A stretch of 64,000 nt of DNA from an uncultured Candidatus Poseidoniales archaeon (GTDB lineage: Archaea; Thermoplasmatota; Poseidoniia; Poseidoniales; Thalassarchaeaceae), in the NCBI GenBank assembly GCA_902593945.1, contig CACJKA010000005.1, positions 16,643 through 80,642 of the forward strand, in the 5' to 3' direction. This document shows, piece by piece, positions 45,257 through 54,633 of the stretch. The notes below the pieces were generated by a model. It was not told where the DNA came from, made no database searches, and saw only the letters and a list, made by a program, of their open reading frames with translations. Made by a program: the position numbers and the translations under genes. Every line of letters begins with the position of its first letter. Position 1 is the first letter of the stretch.

Positions 45257-47917
45257 ATGATAGGTAGGGTGTTTACATTGGAATGGAAAGAAGAAGCCTG
45301 TATTATCTCGGGAGATAATCGTGCTTTGCCTGGAAATGTTGGCAAAACTGCAATTGAATTATGGTGTAGATCAAAATCAGGCCATTCAGTACTATTATTG
45401 GTCCATGGCCTTAATCCATATATTGAAATCTCAGATCCTAAAACCAACTCAAATTCTACCTCTCCTAGTTTATCTTTGGAATCTATTTCAGAAGATTGGA
45501 GAGTTGTCGGCACCCCTCTTCTTCTTGGGAATAAGTTGTATGAAGGAGAGGAAAGACCTCATTGGAGAGTTTTTGTGAAAGATACAACAATTGTTAGAAA
45601 ATTGAGAAGTGAATTATCTACACGGGGATGGGATGTAACAAGCTCAGACATTTTACTAGTTCATAGATTGCTAATGGATTGTGATTTGGGTCCTCATATA
45701 TCATTCTCTGGTGAAGTTCTTTGGGCAAATGAACGTGCACCAAAAGAAATTACTAGGCTCGAAGATGCAGATTCAGCCTCTGAGAGAATTAAGCAACTCG
45801 GAGGAGCAGGATTATACCCGGTTGACCTAATAATGTCTTGTGATGTCTCAGATTTGAGACGTATAGAGCCATTTCCAACACCTTTTGTAACATTTTCTTA
45901 TGATCTAGAAACAAGTGTAAAGCACAATACAATCCTTTGCGCGGCTGCAGTAATTGATAGAAGTGGCCAGAGAACAATTCATGAATTTAAAGGTTCAGAA
46001 AAAGAAATAATGGAAGGTCTTACAAGATTAGTAAGGGAAGAAGATCCGGATTTTATTACTGGATATAATATTGATAATTTTGATCTTCCCAGAACACAGG
46101 AAAGGTCTGAAGAAAACAGTAATTCATTTTCTGAACAATCATCTATGTTTGGTTGGGGGAGAGTACCTCTGACAAACAAAGAAATAGGCGTTAAAAAAAC
46201 AGGTCGTATATTCCCTCAAAGACAACAAAATAGGGTTTGGAGAATTTCAGGTAGAATTCCTCTTGATGCTTGGTGGCAAGCAAGACAGACTTTGAGCCCA
46301 CAGAGAGAATCGCTCAGATATGTTTCTAACTTATTGTGGCCAGAACAAGATGATAAACAGAAATTAGATGTTGATGCAAGTCAGATGGATATGGAATGGA
46401 AAAATCGCCCAGAAGAAGTGATGGAGTATTGCGTGAGAGACACAATCTTGCCCTTAGATATCCTTGAGAGATTGAAATCGATTCCAAGAAAAGAAGCCCT
46501 TGCATCAGTATCTTCTACTACTGTAGAAACCGCATCAGCAGGCACAACTAGTCAATGGATAGATTCTCTTGTTGTAAGATTAGCAGATAGAAATGGAGTT
46601 GCAATTCCTACAACAAATCGCACTACAGGTAGAAGAGAACAGATTGCGGGAGGCTATGTCCATGAGGTAGAGCCCGGAGTAAAGAATTGGGTAGCTGTTC
46701 TTGATTTCAAATCAATGTATCCCTCTATAATGATATCAAATAATATCTGTTCAACGACATTAATCAGAGACTCAAGTATTGAATCGTCACATTTTGTTTC
46801 TCCAATTACTAACACAAGATATTTGTCTAAAGATAAGAGGATAGGACTTGTTCCATTATTATTACAAGATTTAATGAATAGTCGTGATAAATATAAAAAG
46901 GCATATTCGCAAGCTCTTGAAGATGGTGATGAAGACGAGGCATTCCTCAATGATCAATTACAATATGCTGTAAAAATCCTTATGAATTCTTTCTATGGTG
47001 TTTTTGCGTCCAGTTTTTATCGATTCACACACGAAAAATTAGGTGCTAGTATAACAGAATGGGCTAGATACAATATTACTGAAATTATTACGAACCTAGA
47101 GAGCGATGGTTATGATGTAGTATATTCTGATACGGATTCAATATTTGTTTGTACTATGAGTGAAGATAATACCCCCGCCAAGAAACCAGATTCAGGTAGT
47201 GAACTATTAGCTTGGGAATCTGCTAAAGAAGAAACTATCAAACTCGGTGAGCAATTAGCAAGTCAATTTACCAAAGAAGGTGCAGAGTTAGAATTTGAAA
47301 CAGCACTTTCTGCATTTTTCTCACATGGGGCTAAGAAAAGATATGTTGGCAGAGTAATTTGGCCACGTGAAGAGTTATTGATACGAGGTTATGAAGTCAG
47401 ACGTACAGATTCTTTCAGTATACTTAGTAAAACAATGACTGAAATGTTCGAATTAATCCTTGAAGGCGACGAAGAAGGCGCAATTAATCTCGCTAAATCA
47501 GTGATTACCGAAGTCCAACAAGGGAAAATACCTGCATCAGATCTAATTGTCAGTCGTTCATGTAAGGGCAGTTGGGATAAAAAATATGGAAAATGGGTGT
47601 TTGACAAAATTTATGCAAATCCAGATAGTTTACCATATGTAAGAGCGGCAAAAGAGAGAATAAGTAGAGGTTTACAATTCACTCCAGGTATGAAGGTGGG
47701 CTATATTATCACTGATTCTAAGACAAGTCCGATGGAAGTTAAGGCTTGGTTAGTTGATGAAATAGGAGGTGATCCCCCAAAACCCGATCCTCAATATTAT
47801 GTCAACAGACTGGCAAAATCACTCGGAAGAATCACCTCTGCATTGAATTTTGATGAATCTAAACTGAAAGATTATGCTAAGAATCCTTCAACACAGAAGT
47901 CATTATTTGACTTTTAG
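45257..47917 (+). CDS. polB: DNA polymerase, family B
   Basis: Exo I FSYDLET, Exo II YNIDNFDLP, Exo III YCVRDT. Pol motif A DFKSMYPSIM, motif B KILMNSFYGV, motif C VYSDTDSIF. The motifs are contiguous, so I see no intein. Confidence 0.95.
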   Translation: MIGRVFTLEWKEEACIISGDNRALPGNVGKTAIELWCRSKSGHSVLLLVHGLNPYIEISDPKTNSNSTSPSLSLESISEDWRVVGTPLLLGNKLYEGEERPHWRVFVKDTTIVRKLRSELSTRGWDVTSSDILLVHRLLMDCDLGPHISFSGEVLWANERAPKEITRLEDADSASERIKQLGGAGLYPVDLIMSCDVSDLRRIEPFPTPFVTFSYDLETSVKHNTILCAAAVIDRSGQRTIHEFKGSEKEIMEGLTRLVREEDPDFITGYNIDNFDLPRTQERSEENSNSFSEQSSMFGWGRVPLTNKEIGVKKTGRIFPQRQQNRVWRISGRIPLDAWWQARQTLSPQRESLRYVSNLLWPEQDDKQKLDVDASQMDMEWKNRPEEVMEYCVRDTILPLDILERLKSIPRKEALASVSSTTVETASAGTTSQWIDSLVVRLADRNGVAIPTTNRTTGRREQIAGGYVHEVEPGVKNWVAVLDFKSMYPSIMISNNICSTTLIRDSSIESSHFVSPITNTRYLSKDKRIGLVPLLLQDLMNSRDKYKKAYSQALEDGDEDEAFLNDQLQYAVKILMNSFYGVFASSFYRFTHEKLGASITEWARYNITEIITNLESDGYDVVYSDTDSIFVCTMSEDNTPAKKPDSGSELLAWESAKEETIKLGEQLASQFTKEGAELEFETALSAFFSHGAKKRYVGRVIWPREELLIRGYEVRRTDSFSILSKTMTEMFELILEGDEEGAINLAKSVITEVQQGKIPASDLIVSRSCKGSWDKKYGKWVFDKIYANPDSLPYVRAAKERISRGLQFTPGMKVGYIITDSKTSPMEVKAWLVDEIGGDPPKPDPQYYVNRLAKSLGRITSALNFDESKLKDYAKNPSTQKSLFDF

Positions 47918-47969
47918 TCACTATTACACGAAGCCGTAGGATTGATGAGATATCGATACTACGGGTACT

Positions 47970-49178
47970 ATGATGGCACGCCTCCGAGGACTTGCATTTT
48001 TGTTGGTTTTATTGATGATTAGTACTACTTTAGCTGGTTGTTTAGACCAGTTTAGTGGTAATAATGCTCCAACTTCAACCTTTACAATGAGTCCAAATTC
48101 TAATGTAAGATCTGGCGATGAAATAACATTCAATGCTGCGGGTTCATCTGATCCTGATGGAGATTTACTAACTTTTACATGGAATTTTGGTGATGGCAAT
48201 ACTGGTTCAGGGCTAACAACCACTCATTCTTATGTCCAAGATGGCGAATATAGCGTAAGACTGACTGTTAGTGACGGTTCTTTAGAAACTACAACAAAAA
48301 AGACATTGAATGTCATCGATCCTTCTGCTAGAGAGCCGCAGGCTAAGATTAGTGATGACAAGGCTGATGATTGTGAAGGTGAATCAGCTCCTGCTGGAAG
48401 CTTCGTTCTAGTATGGGTTTGTGAAGATGATAAGGAAATCAATGATAGAGAAGTTGAGTTTACAACGAAAATCAATTTAGATGCTTCAGATTCATGGGCT
48501 GGTTGTGATCCTGATGATTCTGATTGCTATGCCGAGGAATATATTGTTGAATGGAATTGGGATTTAGACACTAGTTACGACTCAGACAATGATGGGGATA
48601 CCGAGAACGATATTGATGCAACTGGAGAAACAATCGAATGGGAAACACTTCCATCTACAGGAGATGCAATCACAGCGGGAGCTTGGGAAATTAGTTTGAC
48701 AGTGGTAGACAATAATGGATTAACCTCAACTGATGATACCAAGGTGTATGTTAGTTATCGAGGTGTTTGGTCAGATTTTGAGATAGACCGTCGTTTAGGT
48801 AACGACCCAATTGTTATGTCTTGGGAATATCCTCTAACATATGATTCAGAAACAACTGATAAGATTCGTTATCTGCGGTTAAAACTGATTTATCCTCAGG
48901 AGGATGATGGTGCAGGTGGAATTACTGTAGATTCTGAAAATATACTAGACATATATGTTTACAATTCTACTGATGATGAGGTAGCTAACACCTCAGCAAT
49001 TGGTCCCGATAACAGAGATGCTGGCGACTGTGATTCCGATGATCATTGTGTTTGGATGGTAATTAGTGGTTCTACGGTAAGAGGCAAATTGCCTGGTCAA
49101 TGGACTGCAGACATCCAAAATGAGAAAACTCACAACACAGAGATAAAACATTTCATTATTGAACTTGAATATCGATGA
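47970..49178 (+). CDS. secreted (lipobox-like LAGC) protein with PKD domain
   Basis: Signal peptide [27 protein letters not shown] signature [50 protein letters not shown]. Confidence 0.85.
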   Translation: MMARLRGLAFLLVLLMISTTLAGCLDQFSGNNAPTSTFTMSPNSNVRSGDEITFNAAGSSDPDGDLLTFTWNFGDGNTGSGLTTTHSYVQDGEYSVRLTVSDGSLETTTKKTLNVIDPSAREPQAKISDDKADDCEGESAPAGSFVLVWVCEDDKEINDREVEFTTKINLDASDSWAGCDPDDSDCYAEEYIVEWNWDLDTSYDSDNDGDTENDIDATGETIEWETLPSTGDAITAGAWEISLTVVDNNGLTSTDDTKVYVSYRGVWSDFEIDRRLGNDPIVMSWEYPLTYDSETTDKIRYLRLKLIYPQEDDGAGGITVDSENILDIYVYNSTDDEVANTSAIGPDNRDAGDCDSDDHCVWMVISGSTVRGKLPGQWTADIQNEKTHNTEIKHFIIELEYR

Positions 49179-49272
49179 ACTGCGGCGCTGTTTATACCAT
49201 ATTCATAACAGAACAATATATTCATTCTGATGAATGGCTTCAAATATGCCTCTACGGTCCGCGGGCTACTTA

Positions 49273-49278
49273 GAGGTG
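49273..49278 (+). promoter_or_regulatory. Shine-Dalgarno-like GAGGTG, 6 nt upstream of the tuf ATG
   Basis: tta-GAGGTG-tatcat-ATG, read directly from the sequence. Confidence 0.55.
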
Positions 49279-49284
49279 TATCAT

Positions 49285-50571
49285 ATGGGTTCACAATGGG
49301 AAGATAAAAGCAAACCGCACTTGAATATTGTATTCGTTGGTCACGTTGACCACGGAAAATCGACAACAGTTGGAAGACTACTATTAGATAGTGGTCATAT
49401 CGAACAACACGTTATCGATAAGAATGAGAAACTTGCATCTGAGCAAGGTAAGGCTGGTTTCGGTCTTGCTTATGTTATGGATGGATTGAAGGAAGAGCGT
49501 GAGCGTGGAATTACTATCGACGTAGCTCACAAAGAGTTCTACACTCCAAATTATTACTTCACTGTAATTGACGCACCTGGTCACCGTGATTTCGTAAAGA
49601 ACATGATCACCGGAACAAGTCAAGCAGATGCAGCAGTTCTTTGTGTTGCAGCTAACGACGGTGTAAACGCACAAACTAAGGAACACGCTTTCTTAGCACG
49701 TGTTCTAGGTGTTAAACAACTAATCGTTAACATCAACAAGATGGACATTAGTGGTGTTGACTACTCAGAAGATAAGTACAACTCAGTTAAGACTGAAGTT
49801 TCCAATCTATTGAAGATGGCTGGATTCAATCCAGCTGACGTTCCAATGATTGCAGGTTCATCTTTCTATGGAGAGAACATCTACAACAAGAGTGAGAACA
49901 TGGGATGGTACAAGGGACCTACTCTGTTCGAAGCAATTGACAAGATTCAGATGCCTCCAAAACCAACAGACCGTCCATTAAGACTTCCTATTCAGGATGT
50001 TTACAAAATCAGTGGTATCGGAACTGTTCCAGTAGGAAAGATCGAAACTGGTGTTTTGAACTCAGGTAAGACTGTAGTTTTCAATCCAAGTCAGAAATCA
50101 GCTGAAGTCAAGTCAATTGAGATGCACCACACTGTTCACGCAAAGGCAGAGCCTGGTGACAACGTTGGATTCAACGTTCGTGGTCTAGCTGCAACAGATA
50201 TCCGCCGTGGAGACGTTGCTGGATACCCAGAAAGCGCACCTAACTTCGTACGTCACGACGAGACATTCGTTGGACAGATTCAGTTAATGGATATTCCAAA
50301 GGCTATCGGCGCAGGATACACACCAGTATTCCACTGCCACACCAGCCAAGTAGCAGTTCGATTCGTTGAACTTCTTGAGAACTCGAAGACAAAGGAAGCA
50401 AACCCTCCGTTCCTAAAGACTGGAGATGCAGCTCTAATCCGTTTCGGACCTACCAAGCCAATGGCAATCGAGCAGATGGATGCATTCCCTGAACTTGCAA
50501 GATTCGCTATCCGTGACATGGGTAAGACCGTGGCTGCTGGCGTTTGTATGAAGATTGAGAAGAAAGCTTAG
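49285..50571 (+). CDS. tuf: translation elongation factor aEF-1alpha
   Basis: [26 protein letters not shown] and NKMD. I start at ATG 49285 behind the SD. The track's 17-codon extension is not EF-like. Strong bias toward C-ending codons and CGT. Confidence 0.95.
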   Translation: MGSQWEDKSKPHLNIVFVGHVDHGKSTTVGRLLLDSGHIEQHVIDKNEKLASEQGKAGFGLAYVMDGLKEERERGITIDVAHKEFYTPNYYFTVIDAPGHRDFVKNMITGTSQADAAVLCVAANDGVNAQTKEHAFLARVLGVKQLIVNINKMDISGVDYSEDKYNSVKTEVSNLLKMAGFNPADVPMIAGSSFYGENIYNKSENMGWYKGPTLFEAIDKIQMPPKPTDRPLRLPIQDVYKISGIGTVPVGKIETGVLNSGKTVVFNPSQKSAEVKSIEMHHTVHAKAEPGDNVGFNVRGLAATDIRRGDVAGYPESAPNFVRHDETFVGQIQLMDIPKAIGAGYTPVFHCHTSQVAVRFVELLENSKTKEANPPFLKTGDAALIRFGPTKPMAIEQMDAFPELARFAIRDMGKTVAAGVCMKIEKKA

Positions 50572-50612
50572 ATTAGATTTGTAGAATTAAGATAGATTGG
50601 TGAGTGAATTAA

Positions 50613-50942
50613 ATGCCAGTCGTCACTACAATCAAGTTAACTGGTGATAATCACAAAGATGTAGATCTGGTATGTGCTACAATTAAGGCAATCTCCGATA
50701 AATCTGGAGTTAAACTTCGTGGACCTATACCTCTACCTACTAAGAAATTGGTAGTTCCTTGCAGAAAATCTCCTGATGGAGAAGGTGCAGAGACTTGGGA
50801 TCACTGGGAAATGCGTTTCCACAAGCGTCTTCTTGAACTTGTAACTAACAGTTCAAAGGACGAGAAGGCATTGAAAGCAATTATGATGATTGAATATCCT
50901 GATTCAGTCACTATTGAACTTTCACTTCGAAATCTTGGATGA
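50613..50942 (+). CDS. rps10: 30S ribosomal protein S10 (uS10)
   Basis: KLRGPIPLPTKKLVVPCRKSPDGEGAETWDHWEMRFHKRLLEL. The tuf-rps10 order is the conserved archaeal arrangement. GGTGA lies 9 nt upstream. Confidence 0.92.
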   Translation: MPVVTTIKLTGDNHKDVDLVCATIKAISDKSGVKLRGPIPLPTKKLVVPCRKSPDGEGAETWDHWEMRFHKRLLELVTNSSKDEKALKAIMMIEYPDSVTIELSLRNLG

Positions 50943-50955
50943 TTTATTTACCAAG

Positions 50956-51240
50956 TTATGCTATTTCGATAATAATGACTTTCTGTTCATGGCCCCAGAT
51001 CATTTCCCCTGGTTTCTTAAATTGGAAATATTTGGTTGTAAAAGAATCTCCATATTTAGGATGTTCTTTTTCAAATAGAATTACTATTTTATCAGATCCT
51101 AAACGCTCAGCAATAAAGCATTGAGCATTATATCCATCTATCGTTATATTCAATTTATCCAAGGCTCCACTCTTAATTTTATTGATGTGGGCAATCGGTA
51201 TCATTTCTTCAGTTAGCAGTTTTTGTGTAATTTTGGTCAT
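50956..51240 (-). CDS. hypothetical protein (94 aa)
   Basis: The best-looking of three overlapping small ORFs, co-directional with pepC upstream. No family recognised. Confidence 0.4.
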   Translation of the reverse strand: MTKITQKLLTEEMIPIAHINKIKSGALDKLNITIDGYNAQCFIAERLGSDKIVILFEKEHPKYGDSFTTKYFQFKKPGEMIWGHEQKVIIIEIA

Positions 51241-51338
51241 ATTATTCCTCCAAACTTGTCAGGACATGGGTCAAATATAAACCACATCAGAAATAATCTT
51301 AAGGTAGTAAAAATGCAATTACACAAAAACGCACTATT

Positions 51339-52685
51339 TCATAATGCTGCTTCATCTTTTGCCAAACTGCCCATTGGATCCCATGCAGGCAATACTACAG
51401 GAGTTGTGCTAAGTCCTTTCTTCATCTTCTCAGTGAGGTAATCTGTAGGTGCTGCAATCTCGAACATATGTTCATCATACCATGAATCATTCATTGTATA
51501 GAACCCTTCTTCCCCACTCTTTTTGGCACCCCATGAGTTCTCAACTCTCCATCTTCTTGGTGCTCCATCAACCACATCAACTCCAGTGAATAACATTGCA
51601 TGTGTCATCATTGTTTGGCTATATCTTAGACGATTTGCCTTATCCATACCAAATTCTGCTCCATATAATTCTGCAAAGTCAAATAATTTAGCATCCCAAA
51701 GTCCTCTTTCTCTATGCATTTGCTTACCTACGTCACACCCCATCCATACTGGTAATCCATCTTCCAATAGCTTCTGAGTAACATTTTTCATTTCCTGACT
51801 TGGTACATTCAAGTAAACAACAGGAGGTCCTCCTGCAACATTCTGTAGATAATCTACAGTATATGTTTGGTAGTATTCGTTCCTCGGATCATTAACAATA
51901 CAAACATAATCTTCCCAGTCCATCTCTACATACTCTTTTGCAAAGTCTTGAGGAGTCATAGGCCCTTTTCTATGGAATTCTCCGTCTTTGTCTTCCCATT
52001 GCCAATCAAATTCTTCTGGAGGAGTTCCTAAATGGATACATAGAATCTTCCAGATATCTTCCACTCTCTTATCCTTGTGTGCTCTAGCATCTTCTACAGT
52101 TCCTCCGTTATCTAATATCTCTCTTAGCTCACTTGCTCCACTTCTTAGAATATCTTTCAGTATAGCATTCATCCATCTGGTGCTAGATGAAGAAATACTC
52201 TCTGGATAAGCAGTCTTTGGCACTAATCCATGTTTTCTAATCAAATTCATAGCCATATTCCATTGCCCACCATCTCCAATCGGGTCACCTAGTAAGAATC
52301 CAATTGTTCTATCATCTAATGGCCTATCCGCTGTATCAATGATTGCTTCAAAGAAATGATTACTTCTTTCGAATTTATCCCAGAAGTGAATATGCGATTG
52401 ACTAAATTCAAAGTTTTTTACATTAAGTTTCTTCATTGTCCCTGGTCTAAAAAGATTCAATGTTGCGAACAACCAGCATCTTCCACTACTCTTTTGATTC
52501 GTTACTTTCCAATCATCTAATTTTATTGAAAATGAAGAATCAATAGCCTGCACCAAGTCTCTGTTTAATGCGACATCTATCAGATTTCCATTAGTTACTG
52601 CATTCTGTGCAACCTTTGCTGCTGGATCATTAGCAAAGTTTTTTCTGAATTGTTTTAGTTGTTTATTTGTAACTGATTCTCCCAT
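51339..52685 (-). CDS. pepC: aminopeptidase C / bleomycin hydrolase (peptidase family C1B)
   Basis: Active-site Cys context QKSSGRCWLFATLN. Length (448 aa) and C-terminal region (RWRVENSWG...) are typical of PepC. Confidence 0.88.
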   Translation of the reverse strand: MGESVTNKQLKQFRKNFANDPAAKVAQNAVTNGNLIDVALNRDLVQAIDSSFSIKLDDWKVTNQKSSGRCWLFATLNLFRPGTMKKLNVKNFEFSQSHIHFWDKFERSNHFFEAIIDTADRPLDDRTIGFLLGDPIGDGGQWNMAMNLIRKHGLVPKTAYPESISSSSTRWMNAILKDILRSGASELREILDNGGTVEDARAHKDKRVEDIWKILCIHLGTPPEEFDWQWEDKDGEFHRKGPMTPQDFAKEYVEMDWEDYVCIVNDPRNEYYQTYTVDYLQNVAGGPPVVYLNVPSQEMKNVTQKLLEDGLPVWMGCDVGKQMHRERGLWDAKLFDFAELYGAEFGMDKANRLRYSQTMMTHAMLFTGVDVVDGAPRRWRVENSWGAKKSGEEGFYTMNDSWYDEHMFEIAAPTDYLTEKMKKGLSTTPVVLPAWDPMGSLAKDEAAL

Positions 52686-52740
52686 TGGCTCACCTTCTGT
52701 AGGCCTTATCGGATAATGACGACTCTAAGTCATTACTTCT

Positions 52741-53712
52741 CTATATCTCAGCAGACTCAGCAAACCCTGCTGCAATTAATGTATCTGCCATGAGTGAGGA
52801 AAAGTTTGCCACCTCGCCCGCAGTCAATTGAATTTCTGTCCCATCTTCATCAATTATTGGATCTACAAGATCTTGTAGAATCCTAATTCTCTTCATGTTG
52901 GACAAATCTCCAATTGGATTGATTTCTTCTATAGAAGTAGCTGAGATTGCCCCAGTAGCTCTTTCTGGAAATTCGTCCATCTGTCTTATTCTATCTTCTT
53001 CGTCTAATTCAGGTTCGTTCCATATCTCTTGAGTTGAAGTGGGTGGAGATACAGTTTGACTTGATTCTGATGCATCTTCTTCTGAATCATTAAATTCTGT
53101 TAAGACTGCATTACCTCCAAGATTAGGCTTTTTGATTGCTTCAGGTTTTCCTCCGTGAAGCATACTATCCCACGACACATCATTCTTGTATTTCTCAACC
53201 AATCTTTCAACTCCTGTGTAGTAGATTCTTTCGGAAGGGTCGTGTCTTTGCCAATTTAATGGTGGTACTTGATTTTCATTCTGCTTTCCATTCGGCATTT
53301 TTACAAGATTACTCAAGATAGCATGTTGAGCAAATGCATTCATTCTCAACCTAGTCAGGTCAGATACAGATGTTCTGGCAACACCTAGTCTACGTGTTTG
53401 AAGCTGAGTCTTAGCATTCATCCCTTCGTTTCTTATTGTCTCAGCCAACTCATTTTCTAAATTAGTTAATAGTTGACGTATTGACGACCAAAAATTTGGT
53501 ATTGTGATTTCTTTGGGCACATTAGGGCTAGACTTTTGTTGCCTAGTTAATTCAAAAAGGGCCTTTTCGACAACAATTAGTTGCTGCTTCGTCAATCTTG
53601 ATGAAGTGCTTTCGTCAATCATATGAGCAACCTGACTTACGGCAGACAGAGGAAGGCCATGAATGATTCCTTTGTTTATCTTCTTTCTAGTCTCTTCATC
53701 CGTTGAACTCAA
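52741..53712 (-). CDS. hypothetical protein (323 aa; helical N-terminal half, acidic C-terminal third)
   Basis: Clean ORF with no recognised motif. Confidence 0.55.
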   Translation of the reverse strand: MSSTDEETRKKINKGIIHGLPLSAVSQVAHMIDESTSSRLTKQQLIVVEKALFELTRQQKSSPNVPKEITIPNFWSSIRQLLTNLENELAETIRNEGMNAKTQLQTRRLGVARTSVSDLTRLRMNAFAQHAILSNLVKMPNGKQNENQVPPLNWQRHDPSERIYYTGVERLVEKYKNDVSWDSMLHGGKPEAIKKPNLGGNAVLTEFNDSEEDASESSQTVSPPTSTQEIWNEPELDEEDRIRQMDEFPERATGAISATSIEEINPIGDLSNMKRIRILQDLVDPIIDEDGTEIQLTAGEVANFSSLMADTLIAAGFAESAEI

Positions 53713-53736
53713 TAAGAAAAAACCTCTCCGAGGCTC

Positions 53737-53821
53737 GCAGGTGTACCCGAGTGGTCAAAGGGGTCGGGCTCAAGTTCCGATGCGTAGAGCTTCGCAGGTT
53801 CGAATCCTGCCTCCTGCACCA
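53737..53821 (+). tRNA. tRNA-Leu (anticodon CAA), CCA encoded
   Basis: Manual fold: acceptor GCAGGTG/CTCCTGC (U6:U67 mismatch), D arm CCC-GAGTGGTCAAA-GGG, anticodon arm TCGGG-CTCAAGT-TCCGA, long variable arm, T arm GCAGG-TTCGAAT-CCTGC, discriminator A, then CCA. 85 nt. Confidence 0.85.
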
Positions 53822-53824
53822 TCT

Positions 53825-54547
53825 TCAACTTCTAGACATAATGAATTGTTCTAAGAATTCGATTGTACCTAGTGTTCCTTTTGCTTCTGTCAAGTAATCA
53901 GCTGCTTCTGCCACTCCTTTGAATTCATTATTAACCGCAACTGCAAACCCACACAATTCGAACATTGGAATATCATTGGAAGCATCTCCGACAGCAATGA
54001 CTTTCTTTGGATCAATTCCTCTCTGTTCAAATGCGACCCTAAGGCCACTAGATTTGTTCAATCCTTCTTCTGTAATATGTACCGCAAATCCTGTTGGAAC
54101 AACTTGTAAATCTGGCCATCTAGATGTTTTCAATGCTTTTCTCATTCTTTCATAATTTTCAGTGTCAAGTAAACACCACTCTGTTTCTCTCCAGCGATTT
54201 GTTTCTATTCCTTTAGGATCTAATCCTTCTATCTGTGTTGCTAACCACTCCGCAGCATCTCTGGCTCTTTTCCCATCAGCTAGACATCTAATTGGAAAAC
54301 CTGCCTTAGTGTCCCAAACCATTCCTCCATTTTCTCCCACGACAAAGCCACTGACAGCCAACACTTGTTGAATTGGAGTTACATTTGGTAAAGTTCTACC
54401 TGATGCTAAAGAAACCGTAATACCCATTTCTTCTATCTTCCTAATTAGAGGAATTAATTCAGGCTGAAAACCATCTAAATCAAGAAGAGTTCCATCAATA
54501 TCGAAGACAATCATTTCCCAATCATCGCCCTCCGGTAACTTACTCAT
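53825..54547 (-). CDS. HAD-superfamily (Cof/IIB-type) phosphatase, phosphoglycolate-phosphatase-like
   Basis: Motif I MIVFDIDGTLLD, motif III/IV AVGDASNDIPMF. Size is typical of archaeal PGP/Cof proteins. Confidence 0.8.
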   Translation of the reverse strand: MSKLPEGDDWEMIVFDIDGTLLDLDGFQPELIPLIRKIEEMGITVSLASGRTLPNVTPIQQVLAVSGFVVGENGGMVWDTKAGFPIRCLADGKRARDAAEWLATQIEGLDPKGIETNRWRETEWCLLDTENYERMRKALKTSRWPDLQVVPTGFAVHITEEGLNKSSGLRVAFEQRGIDPKKVIAVGDASNDIPMFELCGFAVAVNNEFKGVAEAADYLTEAKGTLGTIEFLEQFIMSRS

Positions 54548-54633
54548 ATACTTGCGAAAAGGTCCTATCTCATCATCTCATCGTTCATACTTTACCCAGT
54601 CATATTCAAGGATGATACACTAGTCCCAATGCC

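Noticed and set aside
45257-47917. Possible inteins in PolB and in aIF5B (60983..62761)
   Set aside because: The catalytic motifs are contiguous, protein lengths are normal and no intein block motifs interrupt them.
52741-53712. Possible GINS-like replication factor, based on a loose ...SDLTRLRMNAFAQHAI... resemblance
   Set aside because: The similarity is too weak to assert by eye and the length does not fit archaeal GINS subunits. It is left as hypothetical.
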